Source of the DNA: Armatimonadota bacterium
GTDB taxonomy: Bacteria > Armatimonadota > Fimbriimonadia > Fimbriimonadales > GBS-DC
Reading direction: 5' to 3'
DNA length: 64,000 bases
Assembly: GCA_037444405.1 (NCBI GenBank)
Contig: JBBIML010000010.1
Coordinates: forward strand, 96,001 to 160,000
Below, piece after piece: positions 29,425-39,605 of the stretch; position 1 is the stretch's first letter; every line of letters starts with the position of its first letter. The notes beneath the pieces were generated by a model. That model saw nothing but the letters and a program-made list of their open reading frames with translations. It had not been told where the DNA came from and searched no databases. The position numbers were made by a program, and so were the translations under genes.

Positions 29425-29905
29425 GCAGCTGCGCGGGACGCCCCCCACGCCAGCGGCGAAGTTCCCCGACATGCCGGTGGCGCCCGTCGGTTTCCCTGAA
29501 GGGGGCACGCCGCCGCCCGGCATGCGCCTGATCAGTCCTGCGGTCGCCCGCTGGGAGCCTGTGGTCGCGCCCATCGCAGCAAAATACGGCATCGAGACCG
29601 AATGGGTGCTGCGCATCATTGAAGCCGAGTCGGGCGGCAACCCGAACGCGGTCTCGCCTAAAGGCGCGATCGGATTGATGCAGTTGATGCCCGCCACGGC
29701 GCGGGCGCTCGGCGTCCAGAACCCCTACGATCCCGTGCAGAACATCGAGGGCGGCGTGCGCTATCTGCGCCACCTGCTGGATCGCTTTGGCGACCTGCGC
29801 CTGGCGTTAGCCGCCTATAATGCGGGTCCGGGCGCGGTGGAGCGCTACGGCGGCGTGCCGCCCTACCCTGAAACCCAGCGGTATATTCGGCGCATTCTGG
29901 GCTAA
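29360..29905 (+). CDS. Lytic transglycosylase (SLT domain)
   Basis: [42 protein letters not shown]. Confidence 0.93.
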   Translation: MRISEAFQRTLQRVQEIQARIEQLRGTPPTPAAKFPDMPVAPVGFPEGGTPPPGMRLISPAVARWEPVVAPIAAKYGIETEWVLRIIEAESGGNPNAVSPKGAIGLMQLMPATARALGVQNPYDPVQNIEGGVRYLRHLLDRFGDLRLALAAYNAGPGAVERYGGVPPYPETQRYIRRILG

Positions 29906-30177
29906 CCGCCCCAGCGAAAATAGCGATACATCACATAGAGCAGGTACAACCCACTCACAAACGCCAGCGTGAACACGCCGATCAGCCAGCGAGCGTTATC
30001 CGCAAAGAGCAAGCTGAACAGCAGCACAAAGTAGAGCAGGGCAGTGACGCCCATCGTGGTGAACAGCTGGCGCGAGTAAGGGTTGGGCGGGCGTACCGTG
30101 TTGTGGCACACGGGGCACTCTGTAGTTTCTGGCGCATCGGCGCCCAGTTCCGCCCCACAGTATGGACAGGCGCGCAT
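29902..30177 (-). CDS. Small Zn-ribbon membrane protein
   Basis: CPYCG...CPVC followed by two TM helices. Confidence 0.65.
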   Translation of the reverse strand: MRACPYCGAELGADAPETTECPVCHNTVRPPNPYSRQLFTTMGVTALLYFVLLFSLLFADNARWLIGVFTLAFVSGLYLLYVMYRYFRWGG

Positions 30178-30196
30178 CGAAGCCGACTCCTTCACC

Positions 30197-31048
30197 TTAT
30201 GGCCAGTCGTGGTACACCTCGGCGATTTCGCGTGTGAGCGGGCGGGCGCGCTCCTCGATGGCTCGCCGCTGCTCCTCGCTGAGCGGCTTGAACTCGCAGG
30301 CTGCCTGCACCAGCTGACGCAGTTGCTCACGGCTGCCCGGCACAATCACCGCCGTGTGAACCGGATAACTGAGCGCGTAGTTGAACGCCTCCTGCACGCT
30401 CAGGCGGTTCGCGCCGACCAGCCGCCCGATACCCATCACCTTCATCACCGCGAGACCCACCCTGTACTTCTGCGCCGCGGGCAGAAAATGGCGAATGAAC
30501 GATCGCGCATGGTGGGCTTCCGTCGGATTGAGCGGGAACAGCACCATATCGAAGGGGAACCGCTCCAGCATCTGGATCAGCACCTGTGGGTCGTTGTGCC
30601 CCGACACGCCGAGGAAGCGCACCGTCTTCTGCTGTTTCGCCTTCTCGAAGGCGCGGATCGCGCCGTTGCTGGCGAACAGCCGCTCCACATCCGTCGGGTA
30701 GGACACATGGTGGACAATCCACTGGTCGAGGCGGTCGGTGCGCAGGCGTTTGAGGCTGTTTTCGAGGTCGCGCATGGCGCCGTCGTAGTCGCGCTTGTCG
30801 CTCTTGGTGCTGAGGTAAACGCGCTCGCGCCGTCCCTGGATTGCCTCTCCGAAGATGTCCTCACTGGCGCGATAGACGGTCGCCGTGTCCAGATAGTAGA
30901 TACCCGCTTCGATGGCGTCCTGAATAATCGCGATAGCCTCTTTGCGGTTGTTGGGGTCTGCCAGCGCCCATGCGCCGCCCAGCGACAGGATGGGCATCTG
31001 CACGCCCGTCCTGCCAAAAGCCCGTTTCGGGATGGCTTTCTGGGTCAT
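30197..31048 (-). CDS. Aldo/keto reductase
   Basis: RAFGRTG, YLDTATVY, LSTK, SLKRLRTDRLD, RFLGVSGH. Confidence 0.92.
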   Translation of the reverse strand: MTQKAIPKRAFGRTGVQMPILSLGGAWALADPNNRKEAIAIIQDAIEAGIYYLDTATVYRASEDIFGEAIQGRRERVYLSTKSDKRDYDGAMRDLENSLKRLRTDRLDQWIVHHVSYPTDVERLFASNGAIRAFEKAKQQKTVRFLGVSGHNDPQVLIQMLERFPFDMVLFPLNPTEAHHARSFIRHFLPAAQKYRVGLAVMKVMGIGRLVGANRLSVQEAFNYALSYPVHTAVIVPGSREQLRQLVQAACEFKPLSEEQRRAIEERARPLTREIAEVYHDWP

Positions 31049-32418
31049 TTCGATTCACCCTCTCGCAGCGATTTGCCATGCTCAATCTGCTTCCAGTAAG
31101 TTTCGAAGTCGAAGCCGGGGCTGTGGGCAGGCACATGGCACTGCATGCAGGATTGTGAGCCAGCCTTGCCCAGCTTATTGTTGAGCGGGTCCTGCACATG
31201 CTTGCGGGCGGGACCATGGCAGCTCTCGCAGCCGACATCTTTGAGCTGAGGCGTCTTTTCGAGGCTGACGAAGCCGCCCTCGAACTCCAGCCCAACCACA
31301 TGGCAGACGACGCATTCGGGGTCTTTGTGGTGCTTCTCGTCGATAAGGGTCTGCATCGCCTTAGCGTGTTTGCTGCGCTCCCAGATTCGGTAGTCTTCGG
31401 CGTGGCAGGGTCGGCAGGCACGGCTACCCGCGAAGGTGTCGCCGTTGAGCGTGGGTCGGCGCGGCAGCTGGGTGAGCAGCCCTTCGGCATCGACCCGCGC
31501 CAGATAGCCCAGTTTGATTTGCAGCTGGTCGGGGTCGTCTTTATAGTCTTCAGTCAGGCGGATGTGATCGATTCGGACGATTGAGGGGTTCAGATACGCC
31601 AGTCCGACGAACTTGGCGTCGTTGCCGCTGAACACGAGGCGGGTGCGTCCGATCTGTCGGGGCGGGGTTGGTCCGTCGCCGTTATGCGCATAGACGATGA
31701 GGTCGAAATAGGGGTGTCGCTCGGCAATTTGCTGGGCTTCCTGCAGGCTGCCGTGCCAGAGCAGGATGCGCAGCTCGCCCGCTGTGCTGATTTGCTCGCG
31801 CAGCTCGTTCAGCTGTTGCATGGCGGGGCGCACCTGCAGGTCGGGGTTGCGCTCGCGAATTGCGCTCGCGTATTGCTCGGAGATCAGCCCCACAATCAGA
31901 ACCTTCACTCTGCGTCCCGTGTGGGGCTTCTCCACCAGTGTGAACGCCTCGAACAGGGGTTGTCCCGCGCCATCCAGCACATTGCCGCACAGCAGCTTGC
32001 CTTTGAACTGTTGCTGGAGCGCCTGCAGGTAGGGCAGTCCGAGCTTGAAGTCGTACTCGCCGAGGTTGAGTGCGTCGTAGCCCATCGCGTTCAGCATGTC
32101 GATAAGCGTTTCCGCCTTGAGTTCGTCCTGTCGCCCGCCCGCTTTGGTCAGGTCGCCGTTTTCGAGGGCGAGCAGATTATGCTCTTTAGCGAGCTGTTTG
32201 AGCAGGGTGGCACGGCGCGGGATGCCACCCACCATCGGCTTGCTACAGCCGCAGGGGGTCAGGTAGCCGTTGATCTCGGAGCCAAACACTATCAGGAGCG
32301 GCTTCTCGTCGGAGGGGGCAAGCGCATGGTTAGGAGGGTGCGCCGCTGGGCGCTCGGATAGCGTCAGCAGCACAAGCAGTCCCAGCGGCGGCAACAGCCA
32401 GAGCCACAACGCCCGCAT
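31045..32418 (-). CDS. UshA-like (5'-nucleotidase-fold) protein fused to tetraheme cytochrome c554-like domain
   Basis: GYLTPCGC...GGIPRR, ENGD, YDALNLGEYD; four CXXCH motifs (CRPCH, CVVCH, CESCH, CMQCH); signal peptide. Confidence 0.85.
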   Translation of the reverse strand: MRALWLWLLPPLGLLVLLTLSERPAAHPPNHALAPSDEKPLLIVFGSEINGYLTPCGCSKPMVGGIPRRATLLKQLAKEHNLLALENGDLTKAGGRQDELKAETLIDMLNAMGYDALNLGEYDFKLGLPYLQALQQQFKGKLLCGNVLDGAGQPLFEAFTLVEKPHTGRRVKVLIVGLISEQYASAIRERNPDLQVRPAMQQLNELREQISTAGELRILLWHGSLQEAQQIAERHPYFDLIVYAHNGDGPTPPRQIGRTRLVFSGNDAKFVGLAYLNPSIVRIDHIRLTEDYKDDPDQLQIKLGYLARVDAEGLLTQLPRRPTLNGDTFAGSRACRPCHAEDYRIWERSKHAKAMQTLIDEKHHKDPECVVCHVVGLEFEGGFVSLEKTPQLKDVGCESCHGPARKHVQDPLNNKLGKAGSQSCMQCHVPAHSPGFDFETYWKQIEHGKSLREGESK

Positions 32419-34052
32419 TACGAACCTCCCGCAACCACATTTGCCGTGAGCGTGATCTGGATGCTGGATTGCTGGGGATCGTCGGTCTCGATGGTGATTT
32501 TACGCTGAGACAGCCCTGCAGGCCAGCCGCCCTTGTAGCGAATGACCAGACGGTGCTGTTTGCCGTCCTGCAGCGATTCGTGGTTCACCTCGATGGCGGG
32601 GTCATCCGCGCTGATTTTGCGAATCTGGAAGCCCTTATCGCGTCGCGCGAGGGTGACCACGCGCTCGATGGGCAGCTGGGTCTGCGGCGTGATGACCCCG
32701 AAGAACACGGTGGTGGGCGTCACGATAATGCCCTTCTCGCACGCCACCGTGATGTTCACCTGCGGTGTGCGCTGGGAGCTGGTGCGTACGGTCACGAAGA
32801 AGTTGCTGCGTCCTGCGGGCGCGTCGGGGTTGACAGTGATGACAACTTTCTGGTGCTTCTCATCGATGCGCTGTGCCTCCGCTTTCGCGAACGGCACGCT
32901 GGTGGTCACCTGCTGAATCTCCAGCGGCTCGTCAGTGTTGGACACAATCTCCACTTCCTGGGTGGTAGGTTCACCCTCTTTGAGGGCGAGAGTGAGCGTA
33001 TCGCTGGGGCGCACTTCGAAGGCGGTTTTGATGTTGGCGGTCAGGCGCAGGGTCAAGCTCGGCTGGTCGGGGTCGTTGGTGGTAACCTGAATGGTTTTGA
33101 TTTGTGCCCCGCGGAAGCCGGCGGAGCGCAGCTCGGCTTCGATCACACCCTCTTTTTTCGGCTCAATCACCCTATCGTAGTGGGGTGTGACGCAGCCGCA
33201 GCTGGGTTGCGCGGTGATCTGGAGCGGCGCATCGCCCTCGTTGCGCACCTTGAAGGTGAACTTGACCGTATCGCCCTGCACGATGTCGCCGAAGTCGTGT
33301 TCCATCGGCTCAATCACGATTTTGGGTTTGGGCAGATAGACCGCAACGCGCCGACTGGCGTAATCGATTAGCTGGCGTCGGATTTGCATCAGGTTGCGGG
33401 CGCGTTCCACCTCTTCCGGAGTGGGCGCTGTGGGCAACTGCTCACTGTTCCACACAGGTCCCATAATCTCGGTGTCTTTCTGCGATTCTGCCAGCCCCAG
33501 ATAGGTGCCGATTGCCTGCCCGACCAGATGGGCGACGGATTTCGTTGTCTGGGGCATCTCGGTGTAGGGCATGTAGGTGGCGATTCGGGCGCGCACGCGG
33601 CGCTTCTCGCCCTTCTGCGGGGGCAGCATCAGGCGAGCCTTGCCATGCATCAGGCGGAACTGACCCGCCGTGATCTCCGCCACATCTTCCTCAAACACAA
33701 TCTGAATATCGGCATTCGCCTCGTCGTCTGTCCACTCCAGTCTGGGATTGCCGTTGAGAGCGGTGTTCCAGTTCTGTACCGCTTCGATAGCTGCCTGACG
33801 GAACGAATCGCGCAGATCGGGCGGGATAGTTGCCCAGCTGCCGTAGATACGGATCGTGGCGGGCACATCGATGCCCTTGAGCAGGTTGAGCGCGCCGTCG
33901 AAATCGGAGCGCGTGAGCAGGTTCGCTGCCTGATAAAGCTGATCGTTCTCGATTTTGACAGTGCCTTCAGGTGGTAGCGGCGCCTTCGGCGCGTTCTGGC
34001 TCCAGCCCGCACAGAGCAACATAAGTCCTGTCCAAAGCACGGCTCGTTTCAT
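32418..34052 (-). CDS. DUF1573 (Ig-like) domain secreted protein
   Basis: HDFGDI...FKVRNEGDAPL...PSCGC motif; repeated TNDP/TDDP; signal peptide. Confidence 0.8.
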   Translation of the reverse strand: MKRAVLWTGLMLLCAGWSQNAPKAPLPPEGTVKIENDQLYQAANLLTRSDFDGALNLLKGIDVPATIRIYGSWATIPPDLRDSFRQAAIEAVQNWNTALNGNPRLEWTDDEANADIQIVFEEDVAEITAGQFRLMHGKARLMLPPQKGEKRRVRARIATYMPYTEMPQTTKSVAHLVGQAIGTYLGLAESQKDTEIMGPVWNSEQLPTAPTPEEVERARNLMQIRRQLIDYASRRVAVYLPKPKIVIEPMEHDFGDIVQGDTVKFTFKVRNEGDAPLQITAQPSCGCVTPHYDRVIEPKKEGVIEAELRSAGFRGAQIKTIQVTTNDPDQPSLTLRLTANIKTAFEVRPSDTLTLALKEGEPTTQEVEIVSNTDEPLEIQQVTTSVPFAKAEAQRIDEKHQKVVITVNPDAPAGRSNFFVTVRTSSQRTPQVNITVACEKGIIVTPTTVFFGVITPQTQLPIERVVTLARRDKGFQIRKISADDPAIEVNHESLQDGKQHRLVIRYKGGWPAGLSQRKITIETDDPQQSSIQITLTANVVAGGS

Positions 34053-34137
34053 CGTTTTACACCTCCTGTTCTGACGCATGGGATGATACCCGACCTATAT
34101 TATAGCCGATTTCGCCCAGCAGGTATACTGTTCGCCG

Positions 34138-35073
34138 TTGGGTCAGGCGACAGTTTCGAAAGCGGAGGCACCCAGCACGGGGCTTTTCTTGGTGCTGATC
34201 GGGTTGAATGTGCTGTGGGCGGGGGCGTATCCTGCGGCGCGCCTGGTGATGGAGACCCACCGTGCCGAGTGGGTCGCCGCGTTCCGTTTTCTCGGCGCGG
34301 CGCTGGGGCTGGGCGCGCTGCTGCTTATTCCCGCGTTCCGTCGGACGCTGGCGAATCGCTTCCCGACACGCCCGCGCGACTTCGCCTTTGCAGCAGCGCT
34401 GGGCGCGTTTGGCGTCAGCAGCTGCTTTATCTGCTACTTCTGGGGCGCGAAGCTCAGCACGGCGACCGAAGCCACGATCCTGGTGTCCACCGCGCCGCTG
34501 TTCTATGCGCTGCTGGCGCGCTGGTGGCTCAAAGAACCATTCCCACTCGGCAAGGTGCTGGGCATCGGCACAGGGCTGCTGGGCGCGTGGGTGATAGTGA
34601 ACCGCGGGCTGATTTTGCAGGAGTTTTCAGGGGCGACGCTGGGCAACCTGCTGGTGCTGATGGGCGTGCTGATTGAGAGCGTCGATGTGGTGCTGGCGAA
34701 GTCGCTGGTGAATCGCTATTCGGGCGTCGCGGTGCTGTGGATCGAATCGCTGTTTGCAGGGGTTTCGCTGACCCTGATTGGGCTGCTGGTGGCGGGTGTG
34801 CCGCCGCTCGAACTGTCGGCTGTGCAGGCGTGGGCGCTTCTGTATCTGATCGGCGTCTGCACGGTATTCGCCTTCTCCATCTGGTTCTATCTGATGGAGC
34901 GGGCGCCGATTGGCGGGATGGGCGTGTCGATTCTGGCGCAGACGCCCGCCGCTGCCCTGATTGGCTACTTCCTGCTGGGCGAGACGCTCCATCCGACCGT
35001 GTGGGTGGGCGCGGCGTTAATCATGAGCGGCATCTGGCTCACGCTGAGGGCGCCGGGCTTTCGCGGGCGGTGA
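34138..35073 (+). CDS. DMT/EamA family transporter
   Basis: About 10 TM helices in two repeats; LKEP..LGK and LLGETL motifs. Confidence 0.88.
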   Translation: MGQATVSKAEAPSTGLFLVLIGLNVLWAGAYPAARLVMETHRAEWVAAFRFLGAALGLGALLLIPAFRRTLANRFPTRPRDFAFAAALGAFGVSSCFICYFWGAKLSTATEATILVSTAPLFYALLARWWLKEPFPLGKVLGIGTGLLGAWVIVNRGLILQEFSGATLGNLLVLMGVLIESVDVVLAKSLVNRYSGVAVLWIESLFAGVSLTLIGLLVAGVPPLELSAVQAWALLYLIGVCTVFAFSIWFYLMERAPIGGMGVSILAQTPAAALIGYFLLGETLHPTVWVGAALIMSGIWLTLRAPGFRGR

Positions 35074-35075
35074 AG

Positions 35076-35118
35076 GTAGGGCGACGCATGTGATAGAGCG
35101 GTAGAGCGTTGCCCCTAC
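35076..35118. repeat. GTAG-type REP-like palindrome between convergent genes
   Basis: GTAGGGCGACGC...GCGTTGCCCCTAC; its CTA end is the psuG stop codon. Confidence 0.65.
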
Positions 35119-35990
35119 CTCAGCAGGGCGGCGATCTGCCCGGCGAGGTGCGCGTTCGCAATCAGCAGGACGCGGTTCGCCTGCAGCGTGCGCCCCGCAC
35201 TCAGTTCGCTCAGGCGCTGGAGCAGCCAGGGAGTCAGCTCGCCCCCACGAATGCCCTTCTGCCCGGCTTCCGCCTGCGCCTGCTGGAGCATCGCCTGCAG
35301 CTCGGCGGCATCGAGGGCGCTGTCGGCGGGCGGCGGCTGAACGAGCAACATGCCGCTCCCCAGCCCGGTTGCCCGATGGTGCAACCACAGCTCGGCTGCC
35401 TCTGAAGGGGTGTTAACCGTTGCGTCGACGCGCAGCCCCGTGTGGCGCGTGTAGAAGCCGGGCATCTCGTCGGTGTTGTAGCCGACGACGGGCACGCCCA
35501 GCGTCTCCAGCATCTCGCGCGTGGCGGGCAGGTCTAAAATCGCCTTCGCGCCCGAACAGACCACCAGCATGGGCGTCCTGGCAAGCGTGAGCAGGTCCGC
35601 GCTCACATCCCAGCGTGTGTCACGATGCACGCCGCCGATGCCGCCTGTTGCCATCACCTGCAACGCGGGCACACGCGCCGCAATCAGCAGGGTTGCCGAC
35701 ACGGTGGTTCCGCCCGTCCAGCCAAGCGCGATGGTTAGCGACAGGTTGTGGCGAGCGATTTTGCGGGCATTCTCCTCACGGGCGAGCCGCTCCAGCTCCT
35801 CACGGTTCAATCCCACAACGGGTGTGCCATCCAGCACGCCGATGGTGGCAGGTGTCGCACCGGCCGAGCGCACCGCCGACTCCATCGCCAGCACGGTTTC
35901 GAGATTGACGGGGCGGGGCAGCCCGTGGGTCAGCACGGCGGTCTCCAGCGCGACCGCCCCTTTGCCCTCTACACGCACAGAAAGTTGCAT
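35115..35990 (-). CDS. psuG: Pseudouridine-5'-phosphate glycosidase
   Basis: VALETAVLTHGLP, GGTTVSAT, ATGGIGGVHR, DVSADL, GAKAILD, TPWLL. Confidence 0.93.
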   Translation of the reverse strand: MQLSVRVEGKGAVALETAVLTHGLPRPVNLETVLAMESAVRSAGATPATIGVLDGTPVVGLNREELERLAREENARKIARHNLSLTIALGWTGGTTVSATLLIAARVPALQVMATGGIGGVHRDTRWDVSADLLTLARTPMLVVCSGAKAILDLPATREMLETLGVPVVGYNTDEMPGFYTRHTGLRVDATVNTPSEAAELWLHHRATGLGSGMLLVQPPPADSALDAAELQAMLQQAQAEAGQKGIRGGELTPWLLQRLSELSAGRTLQANRVLLIANAHLAGQIAALLR

Positions 35991-36000
35991 GACAACGGCT

Positions 36001-37005
36001 CTACTGGCTGGCTTTGCTGATGGCGTCCATCTCTTCGAGGGCGCGTCCGGTGCCTATCGCGACGCAGGAGAGCGGGTCTTCCGCCACATGCACGGGGATA
36101 CCCGTCGCGCGGGAGAGCAGTTTATCGATGCCGCGCAGCAGCGCGCCCCCACCCGTCAGCACGATCCCGCGCTCCACAATATCGGCTGCCAGTTCGGGAG
36201 GGGTCTCTTCCAGCACGGAGCGCACCTTCTCCACAATCTGGTTCACTGGCTCGGCGAGCGCGGCGCGAATCTCTTCGGAATGAACCGTGATGGTGCGGGG
36301 TAAGCCTTCCACCAGGTCGCGCCCGCGCACCTCCATCGTCAGCTCCGGCTCCAGCGGATAGGCAGAGCCAATTCGGATTTTAATCTCTTCGGCGGTACGC
36401 TCGCCAATCATTAAGTTGTAAGTGGTGCGCACATGGCGCATAATGGCTTCGTCCATCTTGTTGCCCGCCACGCGCAGGCTGCGACTGATGACGATCCCTC
36501 CCAGCGAGATGACGGCAATATCGGTGGTGCCGCCGCCGATATCGACCACCATGTTGCCGCCGGGCTGGCTGATAGGTAGTCCTGCGCCGATAGCGGCTGC
36601 CATCGGCTCTTCAATCAAGTGAACCTCGCCTGCGCCCGCTTCGCGGGCTGCCTGAATGACGGCGCGACGCTCCACATCGGTGACGCCGGAGGGCACGCAC
36701 ACCAGCACGCGCGGGCTGAACAGCCGCCGCCTGCCCAGCACCTTGTTGAACACATACTCCAGCATTTTGAGCGTGATGGTGTAGTCGGCAATCACGCCGT
36801 TATTGAGCGGGCGCACGGCAGTGATGTTGCCTGGCGTGCGCCCCAGCATCAGGCGCGCCTCCTCGCCAACCGCCAGCACCTGCCCCGATGGACGGGCAAT
36901 CGCCACCACCGACGGCTCGCGTAGCACGATGCCCCGACCCCGCTGATAGACCAGCAGGTTCGCCGTGCCCAGATCGATGCCCAGCTCCGGATGTAGCCTC
37001 AGCAT
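36001..37005 (-). CDS. mreB: Rod shape-determining protein MreB/Mbl
   Basis: [34 protein letters not shown]. Confidence 0.95.
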   Translation of the reverse strand: MLRLHPELGIDLGTANLLVYQRGRGIVLREPSVVAIARPSGQVLAVGEEARLMLGRTPGNITAVRPLNNGVIADYTITLKMLEYVFNKVLGRRRLFSPRVLVCVPSGVTDVERRAVIQAAREAGAGEVHLIEEPMAAAIGAGLPISQPGGNMVVDIGGGTTDIAVISLGGIVISRSLRVAGNKMDEAIMRHVRTTYNLMIGERTAEEIKIRIGSAYPLEPELTMEVRGRDLVEGLPRTITVHSEEIRAALAEPVNQIVEKVRSVLEETPPELAADIVERGIVLTGGGALLRGIDKLLSRATGIPVHVAEDPLSCVAIGTGRALEEMDAISKASQ

Positions 37006-37152
37006 AACAGATTAGCTCTCGATTCAATCCCGACAATCGCGCCTCACAAGTATACCCTCCACAGGTCCGGGTGAGAGGACAGGAAAAGGTATTCTATAAG
37101 CGGCACAGCAAGCGATTCTAACGGCTTGCCTGCCGACAGGAGGGAGGCATAT

Positions 37153-37464
37153 ATGGCGACTTTGAAAGACCTGCTGGAGCAGAGTGTGTTGATGGGGCTG
37201 GGCGCGGTCGCGCTCACCCGTGAAACCGCGCAGAAGATGGTGGACGACATGATCAAGCGCGGGCAGGCGCAACGCGAGGAGGCGTCCGAGCTGGTGGATA
37301 AGCTGGTCAAGCGGGGCGAACAGCAGCGCGACGCCCTGCGCAAACTGGTGCGCACCGAGGTGGAGGACGCGCTCAAGGCGCTCAATCTGCCCACGCGTGA
37401 CGACCTGCAAGCCATCGAGAGGCGATTGGACGCCATCCTGCAGCGGCTGGAGAGTCAGCAGTAG
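37153..37464 (+). CDS. Phasin / PHA-synthesis regulator-like small protein
   Basis: LMGLGAVALTRE, LNLPTRDDL..IERRL; typical partner upstream of an ABC1 kinase. Confidence 0.78.
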   Translation: MATLKDLLEQSVLMGLGAVALTRETAQKMVDDMIKRGQAQREEASELVDKLVKRGEQQRDALRKLVRTEVEDALKALNLPTRDDLQAIERRLDAILQRLESQQ

Positions 37465-37477
37465 GTTCTGAACATCC

Positions 37478-39136
37478 ATGCGTCCCTTAGCGCGGCGTGT
37501 GCGGAGCCTGCAGCGCTACCGTCAGGTGGTGGGCGTGCTGGCACGGCACGGGTTCGGCTCCGCGCTGGAGTATCTGAGCGTGCATCGGCGGCTCGCGCTC
37601 CCTCGCGCCGAACTCCAGCCCGAAATAGAGCCGCTCCACTCCCCTGCCGAGCATCTGCGCCTCGCCATCGAAGAGCTGGGTCCCACCTTCGTCAAGCTGG
37701 GGCAGATGCTCTCCACGCGCTCCGACTTGCTGCCAGAGCCGTTTATTGAGGAGCTGCGCAAACTACAGGACAGCGTGCCGCCCACGCCTTGGTCCGAGAT
37801 TCGCGCCGTGATGGAGCAGGAGCTGGGGTGCCCGCCCGAAGAGGTGTTCCAGAACCTGGACCCGAACCCCATCGGCTCCGCCTCGCTCTCGCAGGTGCAT
37901 GCCGCGACGCTACCCGATGGCACTGCGGTCGCCATCAAGGTGCAGCGCCCCGGCATCCGCGACATCGTGGAGACCGACCTAGAGATTCTGCACGATCTGG
38001 CGGCGCTGGCGCAGCGCACACCGATGGGCGAACTGTACGATGCGGAAGCCGTCGCTGAAGATATCGCTTTTATGCTGCTGAACGAACTCGATTTTCGGCG
38101 GGAGGGGCGCAACGCCGAGCAGTTCCGTCAGAACTTCGCCGACGAGCCGAAAGTGCATATCCCGCGCATCTACTGGGACTACACCACGCCGCGCATGCTG
38201 GTGATGGAGCGGGTTCACGGCATCAAGGTGGATGAGGTGGAGGCGTTGCGCGCGGCGGGGCACGACACGCGCCAGATCGCGCTCGACGCCTCGCGCCTCA
38301 TCATCAAAGAGGTGCTGGAAGATGGCTTCTTCCACGCGGATCCCCACCCGGGCAACTATCTGGTGGAGGCGGATGGGCGCATCGGCGTGCTGGATTTCGG
38401 CATGGTGGGCACGCTCAGCGAGGACGACCGCATCAATCTCACCCGCCTCTATGTGGCGGTGATTCGGCAGGACACCCACTCGATATTGAATGTGTTTGCG
38501 CGGATGGGTGCGCTCTCCTCGCGCACCGATCGCCCGCGCCTGATCCGCGCCACCGAACGACTGATCGGCAAATATCGCGGGCGCACGCTCAGGGAAAGTT
38601 CCTTCGCCGAGTTCTGGAGCGATCTAACCGAGCTGATGCGCCAGCACCATGTGCGATTGCCGACCAACCTGTGGCTGGTGGGCAAGACGCTGGCGATGCT
38701 GGAAGGCATCGGGCGCCAGCTGGACCCCGATTATGACCTGTTTGCGGTCTCGGAGCCGTTCGTGCGGCAGCTGGCGAAGCAGGTGTGGCGTCCGCACCTG
38801 TCCACGCGCGACCTGCTGGAGCAGGTGGACACCTGGCGCTATCTGATGCGCGAGTTGCCCGTGCTGGTGATGCAGTGGTTGCAGGGCGTGGAGCGGGGCA
38901 AGGTGCCAGTGGAGGCGCAGATTGGCGCGTCGCCCGAAACGCTCGATCGGCTCGACGCCATGATCACACGCCTGTCGCTCAGTATTCTGGTGGCGGCGTT
39001 TATTGTGGGGCTGGCGCTGCTGTTGCCCGCCACCCGCGAAATCCCGTTCGCGCCCGCGCTCACCTTCCTCGGCTTTCTGGGGGCGACCCTGCTCGGCGTG
39101 TGGCTGCTCATCTCCATCCTGCGGCGCCGCCACTGA
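37478..39136 (+). CDS. AarF/ABC1/UbiB family kinase
   Basis: LGPTFVKLGQ, ASLSQVH, VAIKVQRP, FFHADPHPGN, LDFGM; C-terminal TM helices. Confidence 0.93.
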   Translation: MRPLARRVRSLQRYRQVVGVLARHGFGSALEYLSVHRRLALPRAELQPEIEPLHSPAEHLRLAIEELGPTFVKLGQMLSTRSDLLPEPFIEELRKLQDSVPPTPWSEIRAVMEQELGCPPEEVFQNLDPNPIGSASLSQVHAATLPDGTAVAIKVQRPGIRDIVETDLEILHDLAALAQRTPMGELYDAEAVAEDIAFMLLNELDFRREGRNAEQFRQNFADEPKVHIPRIYWDYTTPRMLVMERVHGIKVDEVEALRAAGHDTRQIALDASRLIIKEVLEDGFFHADPHPGNYLVEADGRIGVLDFGMVGTLSEDDRINLTRLYVAVIRQDTHSILNVFARMGALSSRTDRPRLIRATERLIGKYRGRTLRESSFAEFWSDLTELMRQHHVRLPTNLWLVGKTLAMLEGIGRQLDPDYDLFAVSEPFVRQLAKQVWRPHLSTRDLLEQVDTWRYLMRELPVLVMQWLQGVERGKVPVEAQIGASPETLDRLDAMITRLSLSILVAAFIVGLALLLPATREIPFAPALTFLGFLGATLLGVWLLISILRRRH

Positions 39137-39261
39137 AACGGCAGGAATCGCCCGACGCGCTGGCGAACTTTAACCATCGGGAGGCGACCCGATGAACGAG
39201 TCGCCCTTCCGAAACCCGATTGGCGGTGAATCCGTAGTATAATATAGTAGCGGGCAGGTGA

Positions 39262-39605
39262 GAAGGCATCGCAACAGGGGAGGATGCCTTCGGATACATT
39301 GACAATCGGGTGTGGCAACGAAGCGGTCTCCATCGGCAGCACATAGGCGCTCCGAAAAGCGTTGAAGTTTCGAGCGTGCCTGTGGAATATTTCCCACATG
39401 ACAGCGCTGGAACCCCATCCAGAGGCAGTTCCGTCGAACCGATAATGGGAGAGGGTTCTGTTGACAGGGCTGGAGCCAATCGCCCTTCGGGGATGGGGGA
39501 GCGAGTGGGTGCTATCCTTACCTGGAGACCGCGACGGGCGCCCACCCTGCCTGCTCGCAGTGAACGAGTGGCGGACGGTGAACCCTGTTTCACCCGACGC
39601 CACAC
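39262..39605 (+). ncRNA. Candidate structured RNA / 5' leader of prkA (family unrecognised)
   Basis: Nested long-range complementarity (39310-16/39599-605, 39323-32/39523-32), several hairpins including a C-UUCG-G loop, and a TATAAT at 39238. Confidence 0.5.

Noticed and set aside
32240..33210. Selenocysteine recoding in the CGC motifs
   Set aside because: Codons are TGC/TGT and both ORFs are open with no in-frame TGA.
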